Of a stretch of 64,000 bases of DNA, positions 1 through 9,664 are shown in pieces. Position numbers and translations under genes: made by a program. Within the stretch, counting starts at the first letter, position 1; each line of letters opens with the position of its first letter. The notes under the pieces are model-generated. The model saw only the letters and a list, made by a program, of their open reading frames with translations. It was not told the DNA's origin and searched no databases. This stretch comes from an uncultured Methanosarcinales archaeon (GTDB taxonomy: Archaea > Nanobdellota > Nanobdellia > Woesearchaeales > UBA10216), in assembly GCA_964504135.1 (NCBI GenBank), contig CAZDCW010000003.1, positions 427 to 64,426 on the forward strand, written 5' to 3'.

Positions 1-768
1 CTTGGGGGCATTGTTCAAAGGCTGTTCCATAATGGCGTTGCAGGACAGCCAGCTTCTGCTGATGGCGCGGCAGTGTTGGCTTATGGATTTCCAGATGGCC
101 CTTCCGGGCTTTTCATGGATGAAATAGGGTCTCGCGATTTGAGGTTTCATGCTGTCAGTCTTTCAACACTTGTGGATTCTTCGCGGATTGGCGCATATAA
201 TGCGTTTATGCGTGTCGGCTCCCGGTTCGGAAGGTATTTGGGCGGAACAGAATTTGCCGAGGCATATGTTTACAATCTTTTTTCGAGCCTTCCAGCCCCT
301 TCAGGGCTGCTCACAGCTGTTGAAGGCGTGTTGTTAGGCCAGAGTTGGCCTTCGGATGCCAGGCCAGTCTGGCCTGACTACAGGCTTGCTTTTAGCGTGG
401 CATCAGGTGAGCCTGTGCCTCCTGAAAGTCTGGCGATGTCCTGGTTTGAGGACGAATGTTCAGCCAGGTACGTCTCATCTGAGGAGCAGGATGCATTGTT
501 TGAAGGGGTGCTCAGGAAGGTTTCCTTTATGGCTGGCAACGGCCAGTTGCTGCTGGACGAGTTTGTCCATTATTGTAAGCTTTATGGCGAGGCTGCCAGG
601 ATGGCTGCCATTGCGGATACAGGTTCATTTAAGTTTCTCGCCAGCAGGATGGCCAAAGGTTCAGTTCAGGTTCCGGGATTTCCTTATCCGGAAGGCGGCA
701 ATCCAAAGGCAGGCTATCTTTATGGCAGGATTCGTGCTGCTCTGCCAAGGGAGTCCTCTTATGCCTGA
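1..768 (+). CDS. Hypothetical protein, probably 5'-truncated by the window edge
   Basis: Frame 1 is open from base 1 to TGA at 768; no motif recognised. Confidence 0.6.
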   Translation, partial: LGGIVQRLFHNGVAGQPASADGAAVLAYGFPDGPSGLFMDEIGSRDLRFHAVSLSTLVDSSRIGAYNAFMRVGSRFGRYLGGTEFAEAYVYNLFSSLPAPSGLLTAVEGVLLGQSWPSDARPVWPDYRLAFSVASGEPVPPESLAMSWFEDECSARYVSSEEQDALFEGVLRKVSFMAGNGQLLLDEFVHYCKLYGEAARMAAIADTGSFKFLASRMAKGSVQVPGFPYPEGGNPKAGYLYGRIRAALPRESSYA

Positions 769-773
769 TTCGC

Positions 774-1673
774 CTATTTGCTTCTCCTTGATAGCAGAAA
801 CACCAGCGCAGCTCCAAGATAGTTGATAATCAGCAGCACTATCTGGACAGAAAGGGTTACCGGCGCTGCCACTCCTGCAAGGCCGTATAGGTAAACTGAG
901 GCAGCTTCCTTTACTCCAAGCCCTGACATTGTAATCGGTATTAGTGAGAGCAGCATGGCTGTGGCTGAGATAGTGAGGATTATCAGCGGATTGATTTGCT
1001 GGCCGAAGGAGAGGAAGGCGATGTATGTCACTATTGCTGTGAGCTGCCATTTGAGGAGGGTTATGCCGAGGTTTAATGCAGCCGCAGTTCTCTGCCTGAA
1101 AACAAGGTGATTAAGCGCGTTTGAGAACCCTTCGAATTTGTTCTGGTATTTTCCAAGGAGCTTCTTTATCAGGCCTCGGCCTGCATGGGTAAGCAGGAAT
1201 GCAGAGCCTGCCGCGGCTGCAACTGCAGTTATTAGCATTAGCCTTATTGCCTGCTGAGGCGGCAGGAATATGAAGAAGCCTATGTAGGAAAGTGCAAGAA
1301 GGGTTATCACTGTTATCATCTTGTCCAGTACGGAAACAGCCATTGCCTGCCCTGTTGTCATGTGCTTTCTTGCCAGGTATACAAAGGAGAATTCGCCTAT
1401 CTTGCCTGGGATTATGAGGCCGAATGCCCAGCTTTTAAGGTAGTACTCGGTCATCTGCCTGTATGTTATTTTTACTCCAAGCGCGTCGGTAAGTATTTTC
1501 AGGTTGTATGCTCCCATTGCAAGGCCTGCTGCGAACAGGAGTATTATTGCTGGCAGCAGCAGGGGATTCATGGCTGCTGCTGTTGCAATTATCTTGTCAG
1601 GCCCGACAAGGTACAGCAGCATTGCCAGGGCTGCTGCGCTCAGCCCGTACTTCAGCAAATTCAGAAGCTTCAT
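774..1673 (-). CDS. UPF0104 / lysylphosphatidylglycerol synthase TM-domain (flippase-like) membrane protein
   Basis: Multi-TM; IIPGKIGE and IPITMSGLGVKE motifs; glycosylation context. Confidence 0.85.
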   Translation of the reverse strand: MKLLNLLKYGLSAAALAMLLYLVGPDKIIATAAAMNPLLLPAIILLFAAGLAMGAYNLKILTDALGVKITYRQMTEYYLKSWAFGLIIPGKIGEFSFVYLARKHMTTGQAMAVSVLDKMITVITLLALSYIGFFIFLPPQQAIRLMLITAVAAAAGSAFLLTHAGRGLIKKLLGKYQNKFEGFSNALNHLVFRQRTAAALNLGITLLKWQLTAIVTYIAFLSFGQQINPLIILTISATAMLLSLIPITMSGLGVKEAASVYLYGLAGVAAPVTLSVQIVLLIINYLGAALVFLLSRRSK

Positions 1674-2122
1674 TTCCTTATCCTCATGAACTCTCCTTTG
1701 CTCACCCGTTTCAGTTCATCAGGCATAATCTTCACAAGGCTGTTTGCAGTTCCGCCGCTTGTATAAACCTCTTTCTGTTCCATTACTCTGTCGTCAATAA
1801 AAACTCTCACATTTGTTCCGAATGATGGCACGCCTCCTGGCGGATACCCTGTTTTTGCCAGGACTTCAGCTGCTGTCGCAACCCTTATTTCGGTTCCGAG
1901 CAATTTGCCCAGTCTGCCTGTGCTTGCCCTGTCGGTTGCCCTGACTATTGCGATTATCGCGTTCCCGTTTCCGTCAATCAGGCAAACATTCTTCACAATA
2001 TGGTTTATGTCTGCCTTTGCAGCAGCCGCAGCTTCTTCAGCAGTGTGGCATGACTCCGGGAATTCCAGGAATTCTCCAGCTATTCCATGCTTCGCCATGT
2101 ATTCTCTGATTGCAGAAGGCAT
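1670..2122 (-). CDS. YbaK/EbsC aminoacyl-tRNA deacylase family protein
   Basis: HTAEEAA, IVKNV, TGYPPGGVPSFG, GG motifs. Confidence 0.9.
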   Translation of the reverse strand: MPSAIREYMAKHGIAGEFLEFPESCHTAEEAAAAAKADINHIVKNVCLIDGNGNAIIAIVRATDRASTGRLGKLLGTEIRVATAAEVLAKTGYPPGGVPSFGTNVRVFIDDRVMEQKEVYTSGGTANSLVKIMPDELKRVSKGEFMRIRK

Positions 2123-2135
2123 TATTCCCAGCCAC

Positions 2136-3017
2136 CTATGCTCTTCCCTTAAGCATGTCAGCTAAAAATCCGAAGAGAATAATCTGTATGCCCATTGTGA
2201 TGAACACTCCTGCAAGCACAACTCTGGGTATTCCGCCTACAAAACCGGTTGTCAGGTAAGAATATGTGACCGATCCGCCGAGCAGCAGTCCCGTAAGTAA
2301 AATAAGCCCTCCGAACAGGCCAAAGAATTTAAGCGGCTCATAATCCCTGTAAATCCTGAAGATGGTCAGCCATGCCTTTATTGCGTAGTCAAGGGGGTTC
2401 CTCAATAACCTGCTTTTCCCATATGCCCTTTTCTTGAACATTATGGGCACTTCTGCTATTCTGAATTTTGCTTTTGCTGCCCTGAGGATCTGCTCCTGCG
2501 TATAGGTATAGTTGGATATAATCTGCAGCTGTGCCACTTCCCTTGTAAATGCCCTGAACCCTGTTTGCGCATCTGATATTTTTTGCCTTGATATGTTGGA
2601 TATTACTTTTGAGAATGCCCTGTTTCCTATCCTGTTTATCAGCGGCATGTGCTGTATCTTTCCTGAGAACCTTGAGCCGAGGACAAGGTCGTTTCCTTCG
2701 CTTAGCTTTTGGAGCAGCTTGGGTATGTCTTCGGCCGCATACTGTCCGTCTGCGTCTGTGTGCACAATCACGTCAGCCTTGTGCTCCAGCGCCCTGGCCA
2801 TTGCTGTCTTGAAGGCTTCCGCCAGCCCGTAGTTGCCCGGGTGTGTGTAAACAACAGCCCCTGCCTTTCCCGCGGCCTCGGCTGTCCTGTCCGTGGAGCC
2901 GTCGTCTATTACTATGATTTCAAAGCTGCGCTTCCCCAGCGCCTTTTTTGTCTCTTCAACGACTGTGGAAATTGTCTGCTCCTCATTATAGGCCGGGATT
3001 GCCACGACAACTTTCAT
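2136..3017 (-). CDS. GT2 glycosyltransferase (DPM-synthase-like) with two C-terminal TM helices
   Basis: IPAYNEE, DDGSTD, DADGQY, DAQTGFRA. Confidence 0.92.
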   Translation of the reverse strand: MKVVVAIPAYNEEQTISTVVEETKKALGKRSFEIIVIDDGSTDRTAEAAGKAGAVVYTHPGNYGLAEAFKTAMARALEHKADVIVHTDADGQYAAEDIPKLLQKLSEGNDLVLGSRFSGKIQHMPLINRIGNRAFSKVISNISRQKISDAQTGFRAFTREVAQLQIISNYTYTQEQILRAAKAKFRIAEVPIMFKKRAYGKSRLLRNPLDYAIKAWLTIFRIYRDYEPLKFFGLFGGLILLTGLLLGGSVTYSYLTTGFVGGIPRVVLAGVFITMGIQIILFGFLADMLKGRA

Positions 3018-3109
3018 TTATCTTAAAAACCTGAGGCCGTTTAAATAGGTTGTGGAATTAGCTTTATAAGTTAGAAATAATTTATAAATTCAGCCGGTTG
3101 TCCAGGTTT

Positions 3110-4930
3110 ATGGCTGTTTATTCGGTTGCCTTGTTTTTCGCAATTGTCTTTGGCTTGGGTTATTCATTGACCCGCTTTGTCAAGAACTCTGAGGACTTCT
3201 TTGAAAGGCAGTTTATGCGCCTTGGGTTCGGCCTTTCAGCATTCATTGTGCTGGCAATCCTGCTTAACGCTTTGCAGGTTCCTCTTGACTGGAGGATTTT
3301 CCTGGCAGCATCGGTTTTGCCAGCCGCAGCCTTCGCTGCTTATGATTTTCTTAAAAAACAAGAGGTAATTTCACTGCCAAAATCAATGAAAACAGGCGGC
3401 ATTGCCCTTCTGGTGGCTTTGGCAGTTTTCATTTTTGCAATGTTCATGTACGCCGCCGGCTCGTTCCGCTATCCTTACCTTGAGGATGAGGACCCTTGGG
3501 GGCATTCAGTTGGCGCTAAGTACGTTTCAATTGAGAAAAAGGCCTTTGACCCGGTAGGGTATAACTTCGCTTACATCGACCCTTATCCGCCTGGGTATGA
3601 TATCCTGATGGGCGTGCTTCTTCAGGCTGACAGTTCAGTCCGGTTCATCCTGAAGTTTTTCAACGCCCTGATTATCAGCCTGGGCTTGTTATGGTTTTTC
3701 TTCATGGCGAAGAATTTTGTGGGCCCTTCCAAGGCTGCATTTGCGGCTTTTGCCCTGGCTATGATTCCTTCCTATTTCACGCATTTCATCTGGGCTCACA
3801 CGCTGGTCATTGCGCTTTTTTTCCCTGCAATGTATGCTTTCTGGAGGATTAAGGATGATAAGCTTTGGTCAATTCCTGCTGCCTTGTGTGTGGCCGCGAT
3901 TCTTCTTGTGCAGCCTGACCAGCCGTTGAAGCTGGCGGTTATGGTTCTCGCTTTCATTGCTGTGAGGGCATGGTCTGCCCGCGCCCTGCCGAGGTGGGAG
4001 GTTGCCGCAGGCTTGGGAGGTGTTTTGATTTCCTTGGCATGGTGGGCTTCCAACGCTCAGGAAATGCTGGCATATGCGATGGGCATTGGCAAGCATGGCT
4101 CTGCCTTCAGCCCTGAGGGCGGCTCTGCGTCAAGGGCGTATTCGCTTGCGGATTACCTCTTTCCGAGTCAGACGCTTATTAACGTCCCGCCGGGTTTTGG
4201 CCTTGTGGTTTCAATACTGCTTGTCGCTGGCCTGGCTGCGGTTTTCCTTAACTACAGGAAGCTTTTGAGGGGTGAAAAGCCGTGGCTTGCTGTTGTTTTG
4301 CTGTGGTTCGGCTTCACATTCATAGGCACCAATTCAGTCACGTTCAATCTGCCTTTCGGCCTTAACCCTTTCAGGTTCTGGCTGCTCCTGGCAATTCCTG
4401 TTGCTATCCTGGCTGCTGAGGGCGCCTTTTTTTTGTCTTCTCCGCTCAGGGCTTTCGGGCCTGCAAGGCTGGCTTTCATTTTGCTTCTCGCTTTCGGCGT
4501 CTTCTATACTTCAGGGCTGTTCAAGCTGGGCATCAACATGGCTCCTGGCTGGTACACGGCCCTGGATCCTCAGAGGGAGCTTCCGGGGTACTTGGCGCTG
4601 GAGCGCCTTCCTGCAAATACAGGGGTTATCAGCAATATTGATGACTCGTTCATAATCGGCATGGATAAGTTTAGCTGTGCCTGGTGTCCTGAGGTTGTGG
4701 AGTTCAAGAAGGGGCTTCTGCATGCATCCCCGGTTGAAGTCAGGTCTTTTATGAAGGAAAACGGTTACGAATATCTGCTGATGAACGCGTGGCAGCCTGC
4801 TGATGTGCCCGGTGGGTTGATTAGGAATGAGTCTGTCATGTTGAAGGATGTTGAGCTGGTGAATTCCACTTTTTTCATTCCAGTTGCAGCGCATTTGGAT
4901 GGTGCGGTTACAGTTTTTAGGTTGAGGTAG
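3110..4930 (+). CDS. Polytopic membrane protein, probable GT-C fold glycosyltransferase
   Basis: More than 12 TM segments; EDEDPWGH and YPPGY in the first loop; glycan context. Start could be 3098. Confidence 0.65.
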   Translation: MAVYSVALFFAIVFGLGYSLTRFVKNSEDFFERQFMRLGFGLSAFIVLAILLNALQVPLDWRIFLAASVLPAAAFAAYDFLKKQEVISLPKSMKTGGIALLVALAVFIFAMFMYAAGSFRYPYLEDEDPWGHSVGAKYVSIEKKAFDPVGYNFAYIDPYPPGYDILMGVLLQADSSVRFILKFFNALIISLGLLWFFFMAKNFVGPSKAAFAAFALAMIPSYFTHFIWAHTLVIALFFPAMYAFWRIKDDKLWSIPAALCVAAILLVQPDQPLKLAVMVLAFIAVRAWSARALPRWEVAAGLGGVLISLAWWASNAQEMLAYAMGIGKHGSAFSPEGGSASRAYSLADYLFPSQTLINVPPGFGLVVSILLVAGLAAVFLNYRKLLRGEKPWLAVVLLWFGFTFIGTNSVTFNLPFGLNPFRFWLLLAIPVAILAAEGAFFLSSPLRAFGPARLAFILLLAFGVFYTSGLFKLGINMAPGWYTALDPQRELPGYLALERLPANTGVISNIDDSFIIGMDKFSCAWCPEVVEFKKGLLHASPVEVRSFMKENGYEYLLMNAWQPADVPGGLIRNESVMLKDVELVNSTFFIPVAAHLDGAVTVFRLR

Positions 4931-4931
4931 T

Positions 4932-5025
4932 TATCGTAAATTGCGGTATTCAGTGCAAAGTTTACACGCAATTTACGAGATTAGAATTGCGCATATACAT
5001 CAACTAATCAGCGCAATTCTCTATA
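4932..5025. mobile_element. Twin-hairpin MITE-like element, family A copy 1 (90 nt plus flanking TA)
   Basis: TA-tcgtaaattgcg..cgcaatttacg-agatt-agaattgcgc..gcgcaattct-cta-TA; removal with one TA restores a TAA stop for the flippase. Confidence 0.75.
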
Positions 5026-6456
5026 TTTCCTGAATGCCTGGTCCTTCAGCGATAGAAGCAGCTTGATTTCTTCCTTTCCAATTCCTTTCAGGATGAAAAG
5101 TGTTGCAAAGTAGGCCCCGGCAGCAAGCGGGATTAGTATTAATATGTGCAGCCAGCTGAATATTGTCACAACAGCAGCCATTGCCCCTGCAGCCAGGATT
5201 GGCTTTAGGACAGATTTCACTGCATCCGCCGAATACCCTTCCCTGGCTGCCCAGTAATATAGCACAGCCAGCACTGCCAGTTCTGTTACAACTGTTGATA
5301 TTGCCGCTCCCATGTAGCTCAATCTGGGTATTAGGATTAGGTTTAGGCCTATTTTGAGCACAGCAGCCGCGGCTGTTGTGAAGGTAAACACCAGTTGCCT
5401 GTTCACGGCGTTGAGAAGGTAGCCTGTTAGCGAGCTTATGAATATTATCGCTTCCGCCCATATGAGTACTTGTAGTGCCTGTGCTGAGCCCTTGAATCCG
5501 CTTCCGTATATTAAGGGCATCAGCCTGTCTGAAAGCAGCATTACCCCGACCGCTATTGGTATTGCAAGGATGAGCAGGTAGTAGAATGCTTTTCTGAACA
5601 GGGTTCTTAGGAGTGGCTTGTTTGTTGTGTGGAGTCTTGACATTGCGGGAAAGACCGCTGTTATTATGGCGCTTGGTATGAAGTATAGGGCGTCCAGGGC
5701 GCGGTATGCTGCGTTGTAGATTCCAACTGCCTCGTAGTTTGTCAGCATCTGAAGCAGCACAGTGTCTATCCTGAAGTATATGGTTATGAATACAGTGGTG
5801 AACCAGAAGGGCATTGAGTTTTTTAGGCATTCCTTCCAGAATGCGAGGTCAAAGCTTATTGTGAAGCTGCACGTTTTCCTGTATGCCAGCACCCATGCAA
5901 TTGCCAGGACTGCGGCGTATGATATGAGGTATGCGGTGACCAGTCCTGTCAGGCCGTATCCTTTGTAGAGCAGGAACATTCCAAGGCCTGCTGTTATTAT
6001 CCTTTCCAGCAGGTTTGCGATGGCATAGTATTCCAGCTTCTCATAGGCCATGAACAGCGTTGCGAATACTGTGCTGAGGTTGAGCAGCCCTGTTGCAGCA
6101 GCAACAATGTACGCCGCAAATATGACTTCCTGCGATTTTTCCACCTGCCCGACCGCTATTATGGGTATGGCGATTGTGACAAGCGCAAGAATCAGCTTTA
6201 TGCCCAGCATGTTGCTGATGTACTGCCTTGCCTTTTCCCTGTTCCGGGATATCTCCCTTGTAAGGTAGGTGGTGAGGCCGAGGTCTGCGAATATGGCCGC
6301 CACGCCTGCAAGTGCAAATACGAATGAGTACTTTCCCAGGCCTGCCTCGCCAAGGTGCCTTGCGATGGCGACAACGAGGAAGAATGATATGAGCTTGCTT
6401 ACAATATCGGCCGCGAGCAGTATTGTCGCGTTCCTCGCCACTTTCTCAGCAGTCAT
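5008..6456 (-). CDS. Wzx/MOP-type polysaccharide flippase
   Basis: RHLGEAGLGKYSF, DLGL, VGIYNAAYR, LNLILIP..GAAIST; many TM helices. Confidence 0.92.
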   Translation of the reverse strand: MTAEKVARNATILLAADIVSKLISFFLVVAIARHLGEAGLGKYSFVFALAGVAAIFADLGLTTYLTREISRNREKARQYISNMLGIKLILALVTIAIPIIAVGQVEKSQEVIFAAYIVAAATGLLNLSTVFATLFMAYEKLEYYAIANLLERIITAGLGMFLLYKGYGLTGLVTAYLISYAAVLAIAWVLAYRKTCSFTISFDLAFWKECLKNSMPFWFTTVFITIYFRIDTVLLQMLTNYEAVGIYNAAYRALDALYFIPSAIITAVFPAMSRLHTTNKPLLRTLFRKAFYYLLILAIPIAVGVMLLSDRLMPLIYGSGFKGSAQALQVLIWAEAIIFISSLTGYLLNAVNRQLVFTFTTAAAAVLKIGLNLILIPRLSYMGAAISTVVTELAVLAVLYYWAAREGYSADAVKSVLKPILAAGAMAAVVTIFSWLHILILIPLAAGAYFATLFILKGIGKEEIKLLLSLKDQAFRKYRELR

Positions 6457-6523
6457 AAGCGTTGCCCTGCCTGGTTTGCTTATTATAGTTTTGCGTTTTT
6501 GGTTCGGTGGTCATTCCCTAAGC

Positions 6524-6572
6524 CAGTGCACGAAGAGTTAGCCTGCTACTATTAACCACAAACAACTGACCA
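6524..6572 (+). repeat. Family B short copy (CAGTGCACGAAGAGTTAGCCTGCTAC) plus AC-rich tract
   Basis: 26-mer recurs with one change at 51583 and 56222. Confidence 0.85.
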
Positions 6573-6582
6573 TGCTTGCATT

Positions 6583-7812
6583 TTACTGCTTGGCCAAAAA
6601 CTCCTTGAATTTGGAGACGACATACTTTATCATCTCCTCATCTATGCCAGGGTACAGGCCTATGAAGAATCCGTCGTGCATGACCTTTTCAGAGTTCTTG
6701 AGGTTTCCAATTACTTTCATGTCAGCTTTCCTGTAGGCTGGCTGGTCTACAATGTTTCCTGCCAGCAGGGGCCGGTTTTCTATGTTGGCCTTCCACAGGA
6801 AGTCTGATAGCTCATCCCGCTTGAAGCTGGCATCGTCTTTTATGGTTAGTGGGAATCCGAACCATGATGGCTCTGATTTCTGGGTGGCTTCGGGGAGTAT
6901 GAAGTATCTCTCCATCGCCTTAAACCCTTCGTGCAGTGTCTTGAAATTCTCCCTTCGCTTTTTGACAAACCAGCCAAGCCTTTTTAGTTGTATGAGGCCC
7001 ATTGCCGCCTGCAGGTCTATTGGCTTGAGGTTGTATCCTATGTGGTTGTACATGTATTGCCCGGCTCCGGTTCTTCCCCAGTCCCTGAACGACCTTACCA
7101 CTGGCTCCATTTCTTCGTCGTCGGTCGCCACCGCTCCCCCTTCTCCCATGCTCATGTGGTGGGAGGCGTAGAATGAGTAGGTTCCCAAATCCCCGAAGGT
7201 GCCTGTTTTCTTTCCCCTGTATTCGGCTCCGAGCGCGTCGCAGCTGTCCTCAATTAGCAGCAGGTTGTTCTCTTCGCAGAATTCTGTGATGAAGTCCATG
7301 TCGCATGGGTTGCCCATCATGTGGGGCAGCATTACCATTTTTGTCCTTTCAGATAGCGCCTTTTCCATCTCAGTCGTGCTTATTGCGTACTTGCCAATCT
7401 CAGAGTCCACAAGGACTGGCCTGATGCCGTTCTGTATAAGCGGGTTTATGACTGACGGAAAAGTCATTGCAGGGGTTATTGCCTCATCCCCTTTGCTTAT
7501 CTTAAGGCCGTTGCTGTTTGCCGCCGCGCTCACCGCAAGCAGGTTCGCGGAACTGCCGGAATTTGTGAGGACAAGCTTTGTCGTCCCTACATATTTGCAG
7601 AATTCCTCTTCAAACTTTGCTGCCGCCTTTCCCACTCCCAGCCATCCGTCCAGGAGCGATTCAACAGCCGCATTTACTTCCTGGTCGTCAAATATGGGGC
7701 TGCAGTACCTGATTAGCGTTTTCCCGGGCTCAAACCTCGCTTTCCCTCTCTTCTGGTACAGCTCGGCTATCTTTCCATATACCTCAGTGCGCAGCCTTTC
7801 CTCTTCGCTCAT
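6583..7812 (-). CDS. DegT/DnrJ/EryC1/StrS family PLP/PMP enzyme, RfbH/ColD-like NDP-4-keto-6-deoxysugar 3-dehydratase
   Basis: NSGSSANL, EDSCDALG, SFYASHHMSMGEGG (His at the usual Lys site), GYNLKP. Start could be 7869. Confidence 0.85.
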   Translation of the reverse strand: MSEEERLRTEVYGKIAELYQKRGKARFEPGKTLIRYCSPIFDDQEVNAAVESLLDGWLGVGKAAAKFEEEFCKYVGTTKLVLTNSGSSANLLAVSAAANSNGLKISKGDEAITPAMTFPSVINPLIQNGIRPVLVDSEIGKYAISTTEMEKALSERTKMVMLPHMMGNPCDMDFITEFCEENNLLLIEDSCDALGAEYRGKKTGTFGDLGTYSFYASHHMSMGEGGAVATDDEEMEPVVRSFRDWGRTGAGQYMYNHIGYNLKPIDLQAAMGLIQLKRLGWFVKKRRENFKTLHEGFKAMERYFILPEATQKSEPSWFGFPLTIKDDASFKRDELSDFLWKANIENRPLLAGNIVDQPAYRKADMKVIGNLKNSEKVMHDGFFIGLYPGIDEEMIKYVVSKFKEFLAKQ

Positions 7813-7837
7813 CCTTTCCCGCAACTCCCGCCCTTTT

Positions 7838-8485
7838 TTAAAGTTTTTCCAAGGTTGTTTTACTGCCAACCACTACAGTCACGGCCCAGAAGCATCTGCC
7901 ATACACTATCTCGGCATCCTCTCCAAAAAGCGGTTGCAGTTCTTCTTTTGTGAAGTAGTTTTTTAGCACTTCTGTTTCTGTGCCATCCTTTAGCTTTCTT
8001 TTCTTGTAGGTGTTCCTGTCACCCTCTTTTGTTATAAGCTCCCCGCCAATGCCTTCCATGAAGTTATTGTCTGCCATGAATACAGCCCCTTTTGGTTTTA
8101 GTGTGGCGTGCAGGCCTTTCAAAAAGTTGTCCAGCCTTTCCTTGGGCACGTGCGAAAGCCAGAAGTTTGCAATCGCAGCGTCAAATCCTTGGTAGCTTAA
8201 GGCATAGGCGTCCGCGATTTCAAAGCTTACAGGGCATGCGTATTTCTTGGCTTTTGCGATGTTTACGACTTCTTCAACGGCATCAGTGGCCAGGATTCTT
8301 CTGGCAGATTCTGACGCCTTTTCAGTCCAGTAACCGGTGCCACATGCGACTTCAATTACATCCAGTCCTTTTACAGCCGCCTTCATCTCCTCAGCCAGTT
8401 GCCTCTGTTCGAGCTGCCTTTCGGGGTCGTCCCTGTAGTAAACGCTCTCGTATTCCTGCGCCCTTTTCCTGTAGTATTCTTCCAT
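7838..8485 (-). CDS. Class I SAM-dependent methyltransferase
   Basis: EVACGTGYWT, FWLSHVP; start placed at MEEYY. Confidence 0.9.
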   Translation of the reverse strand: MEEYYRKRAQEYESVYYRDDPERQLEQRQLAEEMKAAVKGLDVIEVACGTGYWTEKASESARRILATDAVEEVVNIAKAKKYACPVSFEIADAYALSYQGFDAAIANFWLSHVPKERLDNFLKGLHATLKPKGAVFMADNNFMEGIGGELITKEGDRNTYKKRKLKDGTETEVLKNYFTKEELQPLFGEDAEIVYGRCFWAVTVVVGSKTTLEKL

Positions 8486-8524
8486 TGGGATTGGCTTATG
8501 GGGTGGTGAAAAGCATTCCTTTGG

Positions 8525-8600
8525 CAATGCACGAATCTGATGCGTTGAATCCTCCGATTTCCCGAAGGGGCAGCCAAACCTGAGGTAGCCACAGCCTGCT
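8525..8600 (+). repeat. Family B long copy (diverged)
   Basis: caatgcacgaa...ttcccgaagggg...cacagcctgct matches 33510, 36702, 46988. Confidence 0.65.
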
Positions 8601-8680
8601 GTTTTTAATTCTTTTTTTTTATCCGCTGTAAAAGGCAACTGATGCAAACTCTTTTAAATAAATTTTGCGCATTCAAAAAA

Positions 8681-9661
8681 ATGGGCATTTCAGGAAAAGC
8701 AGTTCTTATCACAGGCGGCCTTGGCTTCATTGGCAGCACCATTGCCCATGCGGCAGTCAGTTCAGGTGCTAAAGTTACTGTTTATGACGCCTGCCTTGAC
8801 CCTTATGGCTGGAACCCTGCCAATATTGCGGAAATAAGGTCAAAGGTCGAGGTCATTAAGGCTGATGTCCGCGACCGGAAGAGGCTGGACGCAGCAGTCA
8901 GGGGCAAGGACATCATATTTGACTGCGCTGCCCAGGTGTCCCATACCTTGTCAATGTCTGACCCTTTTCTTGACCTTGACATCAACTGCAGGGGAGCGCT
9001 TAACCTTCTGGAAACAGTGAGGAAGGTAAATGACAGGGCAAGGGTGGTCTATGCATCCACAAGGGGGGTGATAGGGACGGCTAGGAAAAGCCCTGTGGAC
9101 GAAAGCCATCCAACAGACCCTGCTGATGTCCAGGGCATTAACAAGCTGGCAGCCGAAAAATATTATCTTCTTTACCATAGGGCTTACGGCCTTGCCACAA
9201 CTTCAATGCGCATTTCCAACGCCTTTGGCCCGAGGGCTCAGGTGAGGACTGGCGATTATGCCATTGTCAACTGGTTTGTGAAGCGCGCTCTTTCAGGCGA
9301 GCCTCTTGCTGTTTTCGGTGATGGCAGCCAGACAAGGGATTACATTTATGTTGACGATATTGCTGAGGCCATGCTGCTCGCGGCAGCTTCGGATAAGGCC
9401 ATGGGTGAGGTTTTCATGCTTGGCTCTGGGGTTGAGACTAAGTTTATTGATGTTGTAAGGCTCATAGAAAAGCTTGTTCCGGGTGCTAAGGTTGAGATGA
9501 GGCCCTGGCCTCCTGAAAGGAAGGCTATTGAGATTGGGAGGTTTGTCGTGAGCACTGGTAAGGTCAGGCGGCTGCTGGGCTTCAGGCCAAGGGTGTCGCT
9601 TAATGAGGGTATGAGGCGCACAGTTGACTTCTACAGGCATAGGCTGAAGGAATACTTGTGA
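8681..9661 (+). CDS. NAD-dependent epimerase/dehydratase (extended SDR)
   Basis: TGGLGFIGS, FGPR, GDGSQTRDYIYVDD. Confidence 0.92.
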   Translation: MGISGKAVLITGGLGFIGSTIAHAAVSSGAKVTVYDACLDPYGWNPANIAEIRSKVEVIKADVRDRKRLDAAVRGKDIIFDCAAQVSHTLSMSDPFLDLDINCRGALNLLETVRKVNDRARVVYASTRGVIGTARKSPVDESHPTDPADVQGINKLAAEKYYLLYHRAYGLATTSMRISNAFGPRAQVRTGDYAIVNWFVKRALSGEPLAVFGDGSQTRDYIYVDDIAEAMLLAAASDKAMGEVFMLGSGVETKFIDVVRLIEKLVPGAKVEMRPWPPERKAIEIGRFVVSTGKVRRLLGFRPRVSLNEGMRRTVDFYRHRLKEYL

Positions 9662-9664
9662 GCA

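Noticed and set aside
4932..5025. Family A as integron attC sites
   Set aside because: Lacks the RYYYAAC...GTTRRRY arrangement, copies are dispersed rather than between cassettes, and no integrase is present.
5021..5830. Long alternative-frame and antisense ORFs (also 7199-7966, 40620-41261, 53808-54416)
   Set aside because: Shadows of well-supported genes, with no motifs of their own.
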